Shown: positions 8,033 through 17,647, numbered from the stretch's first letter. The stretch is DNA of 64,000 nt from Candidatus Limnocylindrales bacterium (GCA_036558545.1 DATBFJ010000027.1:946-64945); one strand, 5' to 3'. Numbers and translations: made by a program. The notes: generated by a model from the letters alone, not told the origin.

Positions 8033-8653
8033 TCACAGAGTGGGCCGCTGCTCCCGCTGCCACTTACGCAGAATGTCCCAGCCTTCACGCAAGAGCACGA
8101 TGGCAATCACGATCGAGGCGACGGCGTCTGCCCACCACAGTCCAAATGATGGTCCGAACTGGCCCGCAACCAGGGCGATCAGCGCGAGGGCGGCACCGGC
8201 GGCGGTAAGCAGCGCGTCCTTGCGCAGCGCGTTGCTCTCGAGACGGTCCGCAACGCGTCGCTTGGCAAAGGCCAGCGGCGGCAGGACGACAATCGAGAAG
8301 CCGAGCAGGACTATTTGAGCGGTGCTCGATTCGGCCTCGCCGTGAGTCAGCAGGGCATGGGCCGCGCCAATGATCAGAGCCGTGGCGGAGATAACCAGCA
8401 CGATCCCGATCAACCTCTCGGCAAGCATTTCGGCTCGTTCACCGTGATGGACACTGCTGCTTTCAAGCGAAAAGCGCCACACGAGAACGACCGACGCGGT
8501 CGCGTCGATGGCCGAGTCGAGGCCAAAGCCAATGAGCGACAGGCTGCCGCTGCCAAGGCCCAGCGCCAGGGCGATCACTGCGACTGCCGCTCCCTCGAGT
8601 ACGCTGATTCCCGACAACCACCGCGCTATGCGGACATCCCGAGCGCGATTCAT
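8033..8653 (-). CDS. Cation diffusion facilitator (CDF) family cation efflux protein, membrane domain only
   Basis: SGSLSLIGFGLDSAIDATASVVLVW and WWADAVASIVIAIVLLREG are typical CDF TM2/TM5 metal-site helices. The start is taken at ATG 8653, which overlaps the GNAT stop (ATGA). The ORF-track start at 8728 is probably an upstream extension. Confidence 0.75.
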   Translation of the reverse strand: MNRARDVRIARWLSGISVLEGAAVAVIALALGLGSGSLSLIGFGLDSAIDATASVVLVWRFSLESSSVHHGERAEMLAERLIGIVLVISATALIIGAAHALLTHGEAESSTAQIVLLGFSIVVLPPLAFAKRRVADRLESNALRKDALLTAAGAALALIALVAGQFGPSFGLWWADAVASIVIAIVLLREGWDILRKWQREQRPTL

Positions 8654-9162
8654 GCGGTCTCGAACAGCAGCCAGTGGTCTGGAGGAATGTGCGGCTTGTC
8701 CGGCACCGGCCGCCACTCCTCGCGCCACGCGGCACCGACCATGTCCGAAGCGACGCGCTTCCAGAACTCAGGAGCGCCGGGGTTGTCGTCCTGGAACGCG
8801 ATCTCCCACGCACCGGGATAACGGTCGATGAGCACGCGCGCGACGAACTCGCCCACGCCGCGACGGCGCACGGCGCGCACCACGAAGAACTCTCCGATGG
8901 TGCGCTTGCCACCCTCCCAGTTCGTGCCGACGAAGGCGAATCCTGCTGGCGCACCGTCATACGTGATCAGGAAGCCCGGCCAATTGACGGCATCGTCACG
9001 AAACCACTGAAGATGGCCCAGCTTGAAAAGGCCGTGCTCGTTGGGCATCGAACCACGCGACTGCGACAGGTCGTGGACGTACAGCTGCCACAGCCGATCA
9101 ATGACGGGCGCGTCATCGTCCGTCAGCTCGCGCAGGCCAACCGTGGCGGCTGTGGCCTCCAT
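8650..9162 (-). CDS. GNAT family N-acetyltransferase
   Basis: FVVRAVRRRGVGEFVARVLI is acetyl-CoA motif A (R/Q-x-x-G-x-G/A). The start is taken at ATG 9162, which overlaps the polX stop (ATGA). Confidence 0.75.
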   Translation of the reverse strand: MEATAATVGLRELTDDDAPVIDRLWQLYVHDLSQSRGSMPNEHGLFKLGHLQWFRDDAVNWPGFLITYDGAPAGFAFVGTNWEGGKRTIGEFFVVRAVRRRGVGEFVARVLIDRYPGAWEIAFQDDNPGAPEFWKRVASDMVGAAWREEWRPVPDKPHIPPDHWLLFETA

Positions 9163-11081
9163 CACCGGTGGTCGGTGACCTGCGTCAGGAAGTCCCCCAG
9201 GGGCAACGTGTTGAGCACGTTGCCCGGCTCGAGCCACGCGCGCCGCGCCTGTGAGATGCCCCAGTCGAGGTTGTCGAACTCGACCAGGTAGTGGGCGTCC
9301 GAGTCGACAACGAAGCGATTCCCGGCATCGAGCGCGGCGCGCGCACGCCGGTCATCAAGGTCAAGACGCTCGGTTTCGCCGTTGAGCTCGAGCACCGTGC
9401 GCGTCTCGGCTGCCTCGCGATAGAAGGCATCCCAGTCGAGATCGAGATCGTCGCGGATGCCGATCTTGCGGCCGGACGGGTGGGCAATGATGTCGACATT
9501 CGGATTGCGCAGCGCCGTTCGATAACGCTCCATGAGCTGCGCGCGCGGCTGACGTCGACCCACGTGCAACGAGCACACGACGACATCGAAGCTGGCGAGC
9601 AGAGCGTCCTCGTAGTCGAGCCGGCCGTCCACGGTGATCTCGAGTTCGCAGCCGTGCAGCAGTCGGAAATCCAGGCCGTCTCGGGCAAACGATTCGTTGA
9701 GCTCGCCGATTACGCGCCGTTCCTGCTCGACACGCTGCGGGGTGAGCCCGTTGGCGATGGTCAGGCTCTGCGTGTGGTCGGTCAGCACCTGGTAATGCAG
9801 CCCACGCTGCCGCGCTTCCGCTGCCATCTGCTCGATGGTGAAATGACCGTCCGACCAATCGGAATGGGTGTGACAGTCGCCCTGGAGATCGGACCGCGTG
9901 ACCAGATTCGGAAGCTTTCCAGCTTTGGCCGCCTCGATCTCGCCGCGGTCCTCGCGCAGCTCCGGATCGATGAACGGCAGCCCGAGGAATTCGTAGACCT
10001 CCCGCTCGGTCGCGAAGGTGACCCGCTTGGCCTCGTCCTGGACGCTGGTGAAGCCATGCTCCGACAGTGACCAGCCGCGATCGCGGGCGATCTCGCGCAA
10101 TCTGACGTTGTGCGCGGCTGACCCAGTGAAATGAATGAGGTACGTTCCGGCGACGTCGGAGGGCATCGTCATCAGGTCAATCTGCGGGCCGCGGGTCATC
10201 TGCACCGACGTGCGTGTGCCACCTGTCGCGCGACCACCGTTTCCGACCCGCTCGATCCACGGTGAGTGGTGAAGCTTGTCGATCGCCGCGGCGGGATCGT
10301 CGGTTTCGACGAGCAGGTCGATGTCGGCGATCGTCTCGCGCCGCCGACGGTAGGAGCCAGCCGGGATGATCGCTTTCACGCCTGGCGCGTTGCGCAGCGA
10401 GCCCGTGACGAGATCGATGACCTCCTGCGCCTGGCCCAGGCGCATCCGCTTGGGCGGCCGCGCGCGCAGCGCCTTCAACCCCTCGAGCAGGCGCGCTTCA
10501 GTCTTTGCGCTGATGCCCTTGACCTCGCGCAACTGGCCCGCGCGCGCGGCCGCCTCCAGGGCATCGAGAGAGTCGATGCCCGCCTGGCGGTACAGGTCGC
10601 CGGCAGTGCGCGGGCCCAGGCCGGGCACCTGCAGAAGTGTCACCACGCTCGGCGGCACATCGCGGCGAAGCCGTTCGTGGTAGCGCAGCCTGCCCGTGTC
10701 CGCTAGCTCCTCGAGCTTCTCGTCGATGGCCTTGCCAACGCCGGGCAGCCTGGGCGGCCTGCCCTCGCGGTAGGCCCGGGCGATGTCCAGCGGTGAATGA
10801 GCGATCGACTCGGCTGCCCGGCGGTACGCACCTACCTTGAACGGCAGGTCGCCCTGGATCTCGAGCATGTCGCCGATCTCGTAGAAGATGCGCGCCAGCT
10901 CATCGTTGCCGAGCAACGGCACGGAGTCTCCACGGGAGAAACGTGGGCGACTCTCGTAAGGCGGCTCGTCTGGCGCGAGCGCGGCCTCCTGGAGCCCGGG
11001 GGCGGGAGTGTCGGCTTCGGTGCGTGTCGGTATATCGACGCGCTTGGGCCTGGGCGGGGCGGATCGTCGAGCCGGGCTCAT
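9162..11081 (-). CDS. polX: Family X DNA polymerase with C-terminal PHP phosphoesterase domain (PolX)
   Basis: N-terminal HhH region (NDELARIFYEIGDMLEIQGDLPFKVGAYRRAAESI, LLQVPGLGPRTAGDLY). Nucleotidyltransferase core GSYRRRRETIADIDLLV. PHP motifs DCHTHSDWSDG and VVDSDAH. The exact start is uncertain: it lies only 26 nt from the divergent ugd. Confidence 0.85.
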   Translation of the reverse strand: MSPARRSAPPRPKRVDIPTRTEADTPAPGLQEAALAPDEPPYESRPRFSRGDSVPLLGNDELARIFYEIGDMLEIQGDLPFKVGAYRRAAESIAHSPLDIARAYREGRPPRLPGVGKAIDEKLEELADTGRLRYHERLRRDVPPSVVTLLQVPGLGPRTAGDLYRQAGIDSLDALEAAARAGQLREVKGISAKTEARLLEGLKALRARPPKRMRLGQAQEVIDLVTGSLRNAPGVKAIIPAGSYRRRRETIADIDLLVETDDPAAAIDKLHHSPWIERVGNGGRATGGTRTSVQMTRGPQIDLMTMPSDVAGTYLIHFTGSAAHNVRLREIARDRGWSLSEHGFTSVQDEAKRVTFATEREVYEFLGLPFIDPELREDRGEIEAAKAGKLPNLVTRSDLQGDCHTHSDWSDGHFTIEQMAAEARQRGLHYQVLTDHTQSLTIANGLTPQRVEQERRVIGELNESFARDGLDFRLLHGCELEITVDGRLDYEDALLASFDVVVCSLHVGRRQPRAQLMERYRTALRNPNVDIIAHPSGRKIGIRDDLDLDWDAFYREAAETRTVLELNGETERLDLDDRRARAALDAGNRFVVDSDAHYLVEFDNLDWGISQARRAWLEPGNVLNTLPLGDFLTQVTDHR

Positions 11082-11107
11082 CTACCCGCAGCGTAAAGGT
11101 CGCCCGT

Positions 11108-12457
11108 ATGATCCGCCCAATGGAGGAACGACAGCGGCCGCTCGACCTGGCAATCCTCGGGGCGGGATACGTGGGCCTCGTCACGGCCGCCTGCCTTGCG
11201 AAGCTTGGTTTCAACGTCCGCTGCATCGACCGAGACACGAAGCGCATCGAAGGACTGCAAAGGGGCGTGATGCCGTTCTTCGAGCCCGGCCTCGAGGATG
11301 CCGTCCACGACGGGGCGTCGAGCGGGCGCCTGCGCTTCTCCAGCGAAGCCTCATTCAGCCATTGGGCGGACGCAGTCTTCCTGTGCATTGGCACGCTCGA
11401 CGAGCGGGGCAACTGGAGTGCTCAGGACGTTGAGCGCGCACTGGCCGGCGTTGTCGCCGACAGCGAGGCACCCAGGACGATCATCGTGCGCAGCACGTTG
11501 ATGCCGACCGAAACGGCGCGGATGGCGCGTATCGCGGCAGAGGTCGATGCATCCGTCGAGATCGCGATCAATCCGGAGTTCACCCGCCAGGGAAATGCTG
11601 TTGGCGACTTCCTGCGACCCGACCGGGTTGTTGTCGGGCTGACGAAGCCAGAATCCGAGTCGAGAGCACTGCCTCTGTTGCAGCGCGTCTACATGAACGT
11701 GCGCGCACCCATCCTCGTAACCGACGCGGCTTCGGCGGAGCTGATCAAGACCGGCTCGAACGTATTCCTGGGCCTGAAGGCTGGCTTCGCCAATGAGCTC
11801 GCCCGCCTCGCCGCCGCCACCGGTGCAGACGTCGCCACGGTCGTGGACGGAATTGGCCTGGACACTCGCATCGGACGTACCTATCTGACACCGGGCCCTG
11901 GCTTCGGCGGCTCGTGTCTGCCGTCCCAGACGCGGTCTCTGCCGGATGTTTCGGCCGCCCAGGGCGTCGACACGCCGATCATCGACTCAGTCGCGAGGTC
12001 CAATGCCCAGCAGGCGCAATGGATAGCGGCCCAGGTCGAGCGGGAGGTTGGAACTCTGCGGGGAAAGCAGATCGCCGTTTTCGGACTCGCGTTCAAGGCG
12101 GGCACGGATGACGTCCGTGAGTCTCCCGCGCTCTCCCTCGCGAGGGCGCTGGCAGCGAAGGGCGCCCAGCTGGCCGGTCACGATCCGCTGGCTGAAGCGG
12201 CCGCGCAAGCGGTGCTCGCGCGCGAAGGCGTGGCGATCCGGCTCGGCGAAAAGGACATTGACGCTGCGGCGGGAGCCGACGCGATCGTCATAGCAACCGA
12301 ATGGCCCGAGTACGCGAATCTCGATTGGACTTCGCTTGCCGCGGCAATGCCGGGCCGCGCTGTTGTCGACGCCCGGCGTGTGGTCGATCAGGAGGCTGCG
12401 GCGGACGCCGGCTTCAAGGTGGTCGTCCTCGGTCGCGTCATCGCACAGCCTGACTGA
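11108..12457 (+). CDS. ugd: UDP-glucose 6-dehydrogenase
   Basis: Rossmann motif LAILGAGYVGLVTAACLA, catalytic-Cys block GFGGSCLPSQ, C-terminal UDP-binding domain (FGLAFKAGTDDVRESPA). The start is moved to ATG 11108; the ORF-track N-terminus is an Arg-rich extension overlapping polX. Confidence 0.9.
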   Translation: MIRPMEERQRPLDLAILGAGYVGLVTAACLAKLGFNVRCIDRDTKRIEGLQRGVMPFFEPGLEDAVHDGASSGRLRFSSEASFSHWADAVFLCIGTLDERGNWSAQDVERALAGVVADSEAPRTIIVRSTLMPTETARMARIAAEVDASVEIAINPEFTRQGNAVGDFLRPDRVVVGLTKPESESRALPLLQRVYMNVRAPILVTDAASAELIKTGSNVFLGLKAGFANELARLAAATGADVATVVDGIGLDTRIGRTYLTPGPGFGGSCLPSQTRSLPDVSAAQGVDTPIIDSVARSNAQQAQWIAAQVEREVGTLRGKQIAVFGLAFKAGTDDVRESPALSLARALAAKGAQLAGHDPLAEAAAQAVLAREGVAIRLGEKDIDAAAGADAIVIATEWPEYANLDWTSLAAAMPGRAVVDARRVVDQEAAADAGFKVVVLGRVIAQPD

Positions 12458-12467
12458 CCCTCGAGTC

Positions 12468-13691
12468 ATGTCCTCGCCGGCGCCTGTCCGCGTCCTCATC
12501 GTGCACCCGCGCGATCCGGCCGCGCCGACTCTTGGTGGCATCCAGACCTTCCTGCGCGACTTCATCAAGTACGCACCGGCGGACTTCGACATCAGCTTCG
12601 TGGGCACCACGCGCGACGAACGGGCTCGCCCCGTTGGCAGCTGGATGACACTCGATGTCTACGGTCGGCGGATCAAGTTCCTTGCCGTTGGAACGAACGC
12701 CGGCGTGCCGCGCTCGCCAGCGGCCATCGCACGGTCGATCAAGGGGCTCGCGCGACTGTGGCGGGCGCTCGCCGTGCATGGGCGGATCCTGCAGGTCCAT
12801 CGCCCGTACCGCAGCTTCGTGCTCAATCACCACCCGGGGCCCATTGTCCAGTTCATTCATCTCGACCTGCGCGATTGGCCGGGGCCGCAGGGCTGGCCAA
12901 AGCTCAAGGGGCTCTATCGCGAGTTCTCGGACGAAGAGTTGGAGCGCATGGACCGCGTCTACATAGTCAACGAGACCGGTGCCCTGATGCTGCGCGAGGC
13001 GCACCCGACGATGGCCGACCGGGTCGAGTTCCTGCCCGTGTGGTTCGATGCGACCATCTTCCACCGGACAGATACCGACGAGCGAGCACGATTGCGCGCA
13101 GCACTCGCAGACCGGCTCGGGCTGATGGCAGCGGACGTCAAGAAGGCCCGTTACGTCCTCTCGGCGGGGCGGCTCACGGAGATCAAGAAGCCATTGCTCG
13201 CGGTCGAGACACTGGCCGCCTTGAACGACGCGGACGTTCACCTTGTGGTGGCCGGAGCTGGTGAGCTGGGCGAGGAGCTCGCCGCGCGGGCCGGGGAGCT
13301 CGACGTTGCCGATCGCGTCCACCTCCTTGGTGACCGGCCGCGGGACGAGATCGCGCAGCTGATGCAGGCGAGTGATGCGCTTCTGCTTACCGCTCGCTCT
13401 GAGGGCGGCGGTCCGAGGGTCGTTCTCGAGGCGCTGGCGTGCGGCCTGCCGGTCGTGTCCACGAGTGTTGTCGAGGTTCGCCGGACCGTGGCCAGCGGCA
13501 TCAACGGCTGGCTAGTCGACGATGCCGCGCCGCAGGCACTGGCGCGCGGGCTGCACTGGGTGCTCAGCCAGCCACACGAGGAGCTGGCCCGTGCCGCGGC
13601 GGCCGCCGTCGAGTCATTCACGGCGGAGCAGATGCTCGACGGGTTGTACGCCGCATATCGCGCCCTCAGCTCGTCATCCGAGAGCAAGTGA
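12468..13691 (+). CDS. Glycosyltransferase, GT4 (GT-B) family
   Basis: N-terminus VRVLIVHPRDPAAPTLGGIQTF and C-terminal E-x7-E region (SEGGGPRVVLEALACGLPVVST) are typical of GT4. The start is moved to ATG 12468. Confidence 0.8.
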   Translation: MSSPAPVRVLIVHPRDPAAPTLGGIQTFLRDFIKYAPADFDISFVGTTRDERARPVGSWMTLDVYGRRIKFLAVGTNAGVPRSPAAIARSIKGLARLWRALAVHGRILQVHRPYRSFVLNHHPGPIVQFIHLDLRDWPGPQGWPKLKGLYREFSDEELERMDRVYIVNETGALMLREAHPTMADRVEFLPVWFDATIFHRTDTDERARLRAALADRLGLMAADVKKARYVLSAGRLTEIKKPLLAVETLAALNDADVHLVVAGAGELGEELAARAGELDVADRVHLLGDRPRDEIAQLMQASDALLLTARSEGGGPRVVLEALACGLPVVSTSVVEVRRTVASGINGWLVDDAAPQALARGLHWVLSQPHEELARAAAAAVESFTAEQMLDGLYAAYRALSSSSESK

Positions 13692-14626
13692 CGCGCAAAC
13701 CCGACCTGTTCATCATCGGCGCACCCAAGTCCGGTACGACGTCGCTGTACGACTACCTCGGCGGGCACCCCGAGATCTACATGTCGCCGATGAAGGAGCC
13801 ACTCTATTTCTGTCCCGACGTGCGCAGCGGCCGCAGCCGGAAGCGCCTCGAGTTCCCGCGCGACGAGGCCAGGTACCTGGCGCTGTTCTCGGACGCCAAG
13901 GATGAGAAGCGACTTGGCGAAGCGACCACGCGCTATCTCGTCTCGCACGACGCGCCCCGGCTGGTGGCCGATTTCCAGCCCAACGCGTATGCGATTGCCA
14001 TGCTGCGCAACCCTGTGGACCTTGTCTACTCGCTGCACAACGAGCGGGTGTCACAGGGCCACGAGCGGATCACGGACTTCGCCGAGGCAATCGCAGCGGA
14101 CGCCAATCGCCAGCGTGGTGTGGACCTGCCCAGGGGCACGAACGTGCTCGGCGGTGTCTACCGCGAGTCGGCGCTGTTCAGCGAGCCGCTGCAGCGCTGG
14201 TTCGAGGCGCTGGGTCGCGAGCGCGTTCACGTCGTCGTGTTCGACGACTTCGCGAGCGACCCAGATGCGGCGCTGCGACGCGTGCTGGCCTTCCTGGACG
14301 TGGGTACCGACTATCAGCCTGAATCCTTCAAGAACCGGAACGCCAGCCACCGCCAGCGCAGATGGGTCCGGCGCATAGTCGACAGCCGGGCCGGCAACTG
14401 GGTGACTCACGACGCCATCTCGGCTGTCGTGGGACCGAACAGGCGTGCACGCTTGGCATTGCGCTTCCGCCATAGCCGCATCAACCGCCGGACCGTTCCT
14501 CGCCAACGGCTCGATCCTGGTCTTCGCAAGCGCCTGGCGGACGAGTTCCGTCCAGACGTGGCCCGTCTCAGCGAGATGCTCGACCGTGACCTGGTCTCTC
14601 TCTGGTTGCCCGATGTGCCGCGCTAG
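13688..14626 (+). CDS. PAPS-dependent sulfotransferase (paralog group A)
   Basis: 5'-phosphosulfate loop IIGAPKSGTTSL and 3'-phosphate motif LRNPVDLVYSLH. GTG 13688 overlaps the upstream stop (GTGA). Confidence 0.85.
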   Translation: MTRKPDLFIIGAPKSGTTSLYDYLGGHPEIYMSPMKEPLYFCPDVRSGRSRKRLEFPRDEARYLALFSDAKDEKRLGEATTRYLVSHDAPRLVADFQPNAYAIAMLRNPVDLVYSLHNERVSQGHERITDFAEAIAADANRQRGVDLPRGTNVLGGVYRESALFSEPLQRWFEALGRERVHVVVFDDFASDPDAALRRVLAFLDVGTDYQPESFKNRNASHRQRRWVRRIVDSRAGNWVTHDAISAVVGPNRRARLALRFRHSRINRRTVPRQRLDPGLRKRLADEFRPDVARLSEMLDRDLVSLWLPDVPR

Positions 14627-15516
14627 AAGCGACTCCTGATCAGGGCATCCAGCGCGGCCGCCTGAACCTGCCAGGCGTAAAGCTGGTGCCTCTCCGCGAG
14701 GGCCCACGGTCGACTCGGCGTGCGGTTGGCGTCGACGACATGGATGCAGCCGTCCTCGCGATCGCGCAGGACGTCGAGCTCGCCGTAGTCCATCTCGATC
14801 GCCCGGGCGAATCGAATGAGCTCGTCCTGCTCGTCGACTGAGTACAGCTCGTCGGCCGTGCGCGGCAACGACAGCGTCGTGCCGAAGAATCTGTTGCTCG
14901 CGGGTCGCCACTTCTCGTACGCCAGCACGATCTGCCCATCGATGATCACGGGCCGCGTCTGGGTCACGTACTCGCCCACCGTCGTGTCGATCAGACGCTC
15001 GTAGGTCTTGCCGCGGCGCGTGTGCTCCAGCGGTCCGCGCACCACCTGGCCACCGTGTCGACCGTTCTCCTCCGGCTTGACGACGATATTGCCGCGGAAC
15101 GTTCGCGGATCGACCACCAGGCTGCGACCCGCGACTTCGTGCCAGATCCGCTGAACGCGGCTCTTCGAGATGTCCAGGCATCGACCGTTGATCGCGTTCG
15201 ACGGTAGCCGCCGGGCCGCACGAGGCGAGAACCACGTGTCGCCGTCCCAGGCGATCGTCGCTTCGTCGGCACGCGGCGAGAAGCCGACGCGCAAGCCCAG
15301 GATGCGGACCATCTCCATGATCGGCGCCCGTGGCTGCGGACGCATCGGGAAGAAGTTGAGCACCGGCGCCGTGGCCGGCAGTGTCGCGTTGTACGCGGTG
15401 ATCGCCCGAGAGGCATGACGCCATCGGCGGAAACGACGGCCGGTCAGCCGTGCGCGCCAGGGCTCCGGGATGCGCGAGAGCACACTGGCGTGCTCAAGCT
15501 GATCCGGCTGCGGCAT
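14623..15516 (-). CDS. ATP-grasp-like amidoligase candidate (paralog 1)
   Basis: Paralog of 16726-17634. Shared blocks are F.PMR.P, DISK..V, VDP.TFRG..VVKP.EN, YERL.D, VAY..WRP and GE.DVLRD..G....VDANRTP.RP, the last resembling the ATP-grasp C-terminal Mg/ATP site. The start is taken at ATG 15516 to match the paralog length and avoid overlap with 15549-16733. Confidence 0.55.
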   Translation of the reverse strand: MPQPDQLEHASVLSRIPEPWRARLTGRRFRRWRHASRAITAYNATLPATAPVLNFFPMRPQPRAPIMEMVRILGLRVGFSPRADEATIAWDGDTWFSPRAARRLPSNAINGRCLDISKSRVQRIWHEVAGRSLVVDPRTFRGNIVVKPEENGRHGGQVVRGPLEHTRRGKTYERLIDTTVGEYVTQTRPVIIDGQIVLAYEKWRPASNRFFGTTLSLPRTADELYSVDEQDELIRFARAIEMDYGELDVLRDREDGCIHVVDANRTPSRPWALAERHQLYAWQVQAAALDALIRSRF

Positions 15517-15548
15517 GCCGAGCTCGGCCGGCAGGTTTTCGCGCGTTG

Positions 15549-16733
15549 TCACCGAATGGACCGCTTTGACGAACCGTCCGGGAAGGCGCGCGGTTCCACG
15601 CCTATGTCGCCGATCAGGCCGCTCCCAATCATCGCGTCGACGGCGGGGTGAGCCGAGCGAACCGCGCGCCGCACGGCCGCCGCCACTACGGGCGAATATG
15701 CGCGCTCGTCGATCTCGATGACTACCTCCAACCCGTCGCGCCTGACGGCCCACGCAACTCCGGGACAGACGGCACCGATCTGCTGCGTGATCACGGAAAG
15801 GCTCAGTGCCTCGCCGTGCTTGATCATCGTCCCTTCTCGTCCCAGATGTGAATCAAAGGCCCAGCGCCTGACCCCGGATACTTCGACCGGACGCAAGTTG
15901 CTGACCAGGTCGCCGGCGGCGTAGCGCACGGCTGGGAAGCCGTCGCGTTCGGTGGACGTCACGACCAGGAGCTCGCCGTCGTCCTCGCGGCGGACCGGCG
16001 GCGCCATCGCTTCGGGCACGATGTGCTCGTGAAACAGGTATCGCCCGTGGTCGTCGTCCGAATAGGCGATCGCGCCGACCTCGATCGACCCGAACACGTC
16101 GACGATGCGGCCCTCCTGCATGCCTAGTCGTCGCTCCATGGCGCGCCGCCACGGCCGTGGCGCAAGATCGCCCAGGACGATGATCCATTTGGGCGTGTAG
16201 CCGGGCCCGCCGGCGCCCACGATGCGCTCGAGGATGACCGGCATCGTGTACAGCAGGTCAGCTCTCAATTCGCGCAACCTCGCCACGTGCCTATCGAGCG
16301 GATCGCGAATGTCGATCTCGTGGCCTTCCAGGCCAATGACTCGAAAAATCTCGATTGCCGACGCCTGCGCGTGTCCGGTGCCAAGATCGGCACACGCACT
16401 TGCGCATGTATCGCCGATGAGCGCTCGAAACAGCCGGGCACGCTGAGCGACATAACGCACATCATCGGCACGCGGCCAGCTGACGGTTCGGCGAGTGTCC
16501 CTGGTCGTGCCGGAGGTCGAGAAAAGGCTCCCCGGCTCAAGGTCGGCGCCCTCAGCTTCGTCCCCGGCATAGTAACCGCGGTCGAGATCCGCCTCCCTTA
16601 TCAAGGGCAGCCGTTCGAACGTCGGCGCGCCCGCAAAACCGGACTGGTTGAGCCGCGACGCGTACCACGGCGAATGGCTCGCAGCGCTCAAGGCAGCAGC
16701 CATGACACGCGACCGCTCCGCCTCGTCAAGCAT
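15549..16733 (-). CDS. Adenylate-forming enzyme, CapK / phenylacetate-CoA ligase (PaaK, F390 synthetase) family
   Basis: AMP-binding core FSTSGTTRDTRR, plus overall length and architecture typical of PaaK/CapK-like ligases found in capsule loci. Confidence 0.7.
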   Translation of the reverse strand: MLDEAERSRVMAAALSAASHSPWYASRLNQSGFAGAPTFERLPLIREADLDRGYYAGDEAEGADLEPGSLFSTSGTTRDTRRTVSWPRADDVRYVAQRARLFRALIGDTCASACADLGTGHAQASAIEIFRVIGLEGHEIDIRDPLDRHVARLRELRADLLYTMPVILERIVGAGGPGYTPKWIIVLGDLAPRPWRRAMERRLGMQEGRIVDVFGSIEVGAIAYSDDDHGRYLFHEHIVPEAMAPPVRREDDGELLVVTSTERDGFPAVRYAAGDLVSNLRPVEVSGVRRWAFDSHLGREGTMIKHGEALSLSVITQQIGAVCPGVAWAVRRDGLEVVIEIDERAYSPVVAAAVRRAVRSAHPAVDAMIGSGLIGDIGVEPRAFPDGSSKRSIR

Positions 16734-17634
16734 TGCGCAGAAGCTCCGCGAATGCCTCGCTCATCGGCCCAAAAACCGCGTCATCGTGCTCGCGGGCCAG
16801 GCTTCTGGGCCGCACCGGCGTGCGGTTTGCATCGACGGCGTAGACAAGACCGGAGACGTTGTCGCGCAGGACATCGATCTCTCCAAACTCGAGCCCGATC
16901 AGCGCGGCAAAACGGACCAGCGTCTCGCGTTCCTCGCTGGAATACAGCCGCTCTGGATCGCCAGGCAGTGTCTCCTCCGGGCCGCGAAACCAGTGCGGAT
17001 ACGGCCGCCACCGGTCGTAGGCAACGACGATCTTGCCGCGCGCCACCATCGCACGCGTCGAGTGGATCCGGTCGCCAATCCGGCTGTCCACGAGCCGCTC
17101 ATAAACCACGTTTGCGCGCGGGCTGCGGATGGGCCCGTCGACGATGCGACCCCCTCGCACCGCATTCTCGAGTGGCTTGACAACCATCGTGCCGCGAAAG
17201 GTCGTTGGGTCGACGCTGATCGAGTAGCCCGCAGCCGTGGCCCACGCCTCGTCGACCGTTCGCTTCGAGATGTCCGCGCACGCGCGGTTCAGCGCGTGAG
17301 CGGGCAACCGGTCCACGTCATCGCGGGAAATCCACGTGCCGGTGTGCCATGCGACAGTGAGGTCCGCTCTGCCCGGGAACGGCGCGATGCGAGCGCCGAC
17401 GCGAGGCAGGACATGGGCCAGGGCAGCGGTCGGCTCGAGGCGCATTGGGTAGAAGCTGACGCTCGGTGCGTCGAGCGGCAGTCGGGCGTTATGAGCACGC
17501 TGAAAGCGCACGGCGCGCAGCCAGCGCCGACCGCGCCGCACGCCAAGCCAGCCACGATATGGATCGGGAATTCGCTCAAACGCCGCTCGCGCCCGGCGCG
17601 CCACAGGACGCGCTTGTGAACCCTCCACCCACAT
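16726..17634 (-). CDS. ATP-grasp-like amidoligase candidate (paralog 2)
   Basis: See 14623-15516. About 40 percent identity by eye across ~250 aa. Overlaps the downstream gene by 8 nt. Confidence 0.55.
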   Translation of the reverse strand: MWVEGSQARPVARRARAAFERIPDPYRGWLGVRRGRRWLRAVRFQRAHNARLPLDAPSVSFYPMRLEPTAALAHVLPRVGARIAPFPGRADLTVAWHTGTWISRDDVDRLPAHALNRACADISKRTVDEAWATAAGYSISVDPTTFRGTMVVKPLENAVRGGRIVDGPIRSPRANVVYERLVDSRIGDRIHSTRAMVARGKIVVAYDRWRPYPHWFRGPEETLPGDPERLYSSEERETLVRFAALIGLEFGEIDVLRDNVSGLVYAVDANRTPVRPRSLAREHDDAVFGPMSEAFAELLRNA

Positions 17635-17647
17635 ATCATCGCTTGCG

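Noticed and set aside
6625-8208. 527-aa ORF overlapping the NRAMP gene in another frame.
   Set aside because: Its composition is extremely Arg/Gly/Pro/Ala-rich with no hydrophobic segments or motifs. This is a typical out-of-frame shadow of a high-GC gene. The in-frame NRAMP reading has clear family motifs.
10943-11107. Upstream N-terminal extensions listed in the ORF track. Affected genes: ugd, GT4 12336, sulfotransferases 13439 and 39437, cysC 40389, fabF 46480, fabZ 47558, thrB 54150, osmC 43237, GGDEF 20730, GT2 38454, GT4 25107 and 34336.
   Set aside because: The extensions are Arg-rich, overlap the preceding gene, and precede the point where family homology begins. ATG/GTG/TTG starts at ATGA/GTGA overlaps, or starts following an SD, fit better. 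Coordinates were trimmed accordingly.
14051-15424. 457-aa minus-strand ORF spanning the sulfotransferase/ATP-grasp junction. Similar long Arg-rich ORFs occur at 29228-30328, 55150-56106, 58132-59457, 58334-59602, 47775-48668, 16287-17180 and 1727-2560.
   Set aside because: All are low-complexity R/G/P/A-rich translations that overlap genes with strong family signatures on the same or opposite strand. They are treated as high-GC frame artefacts.
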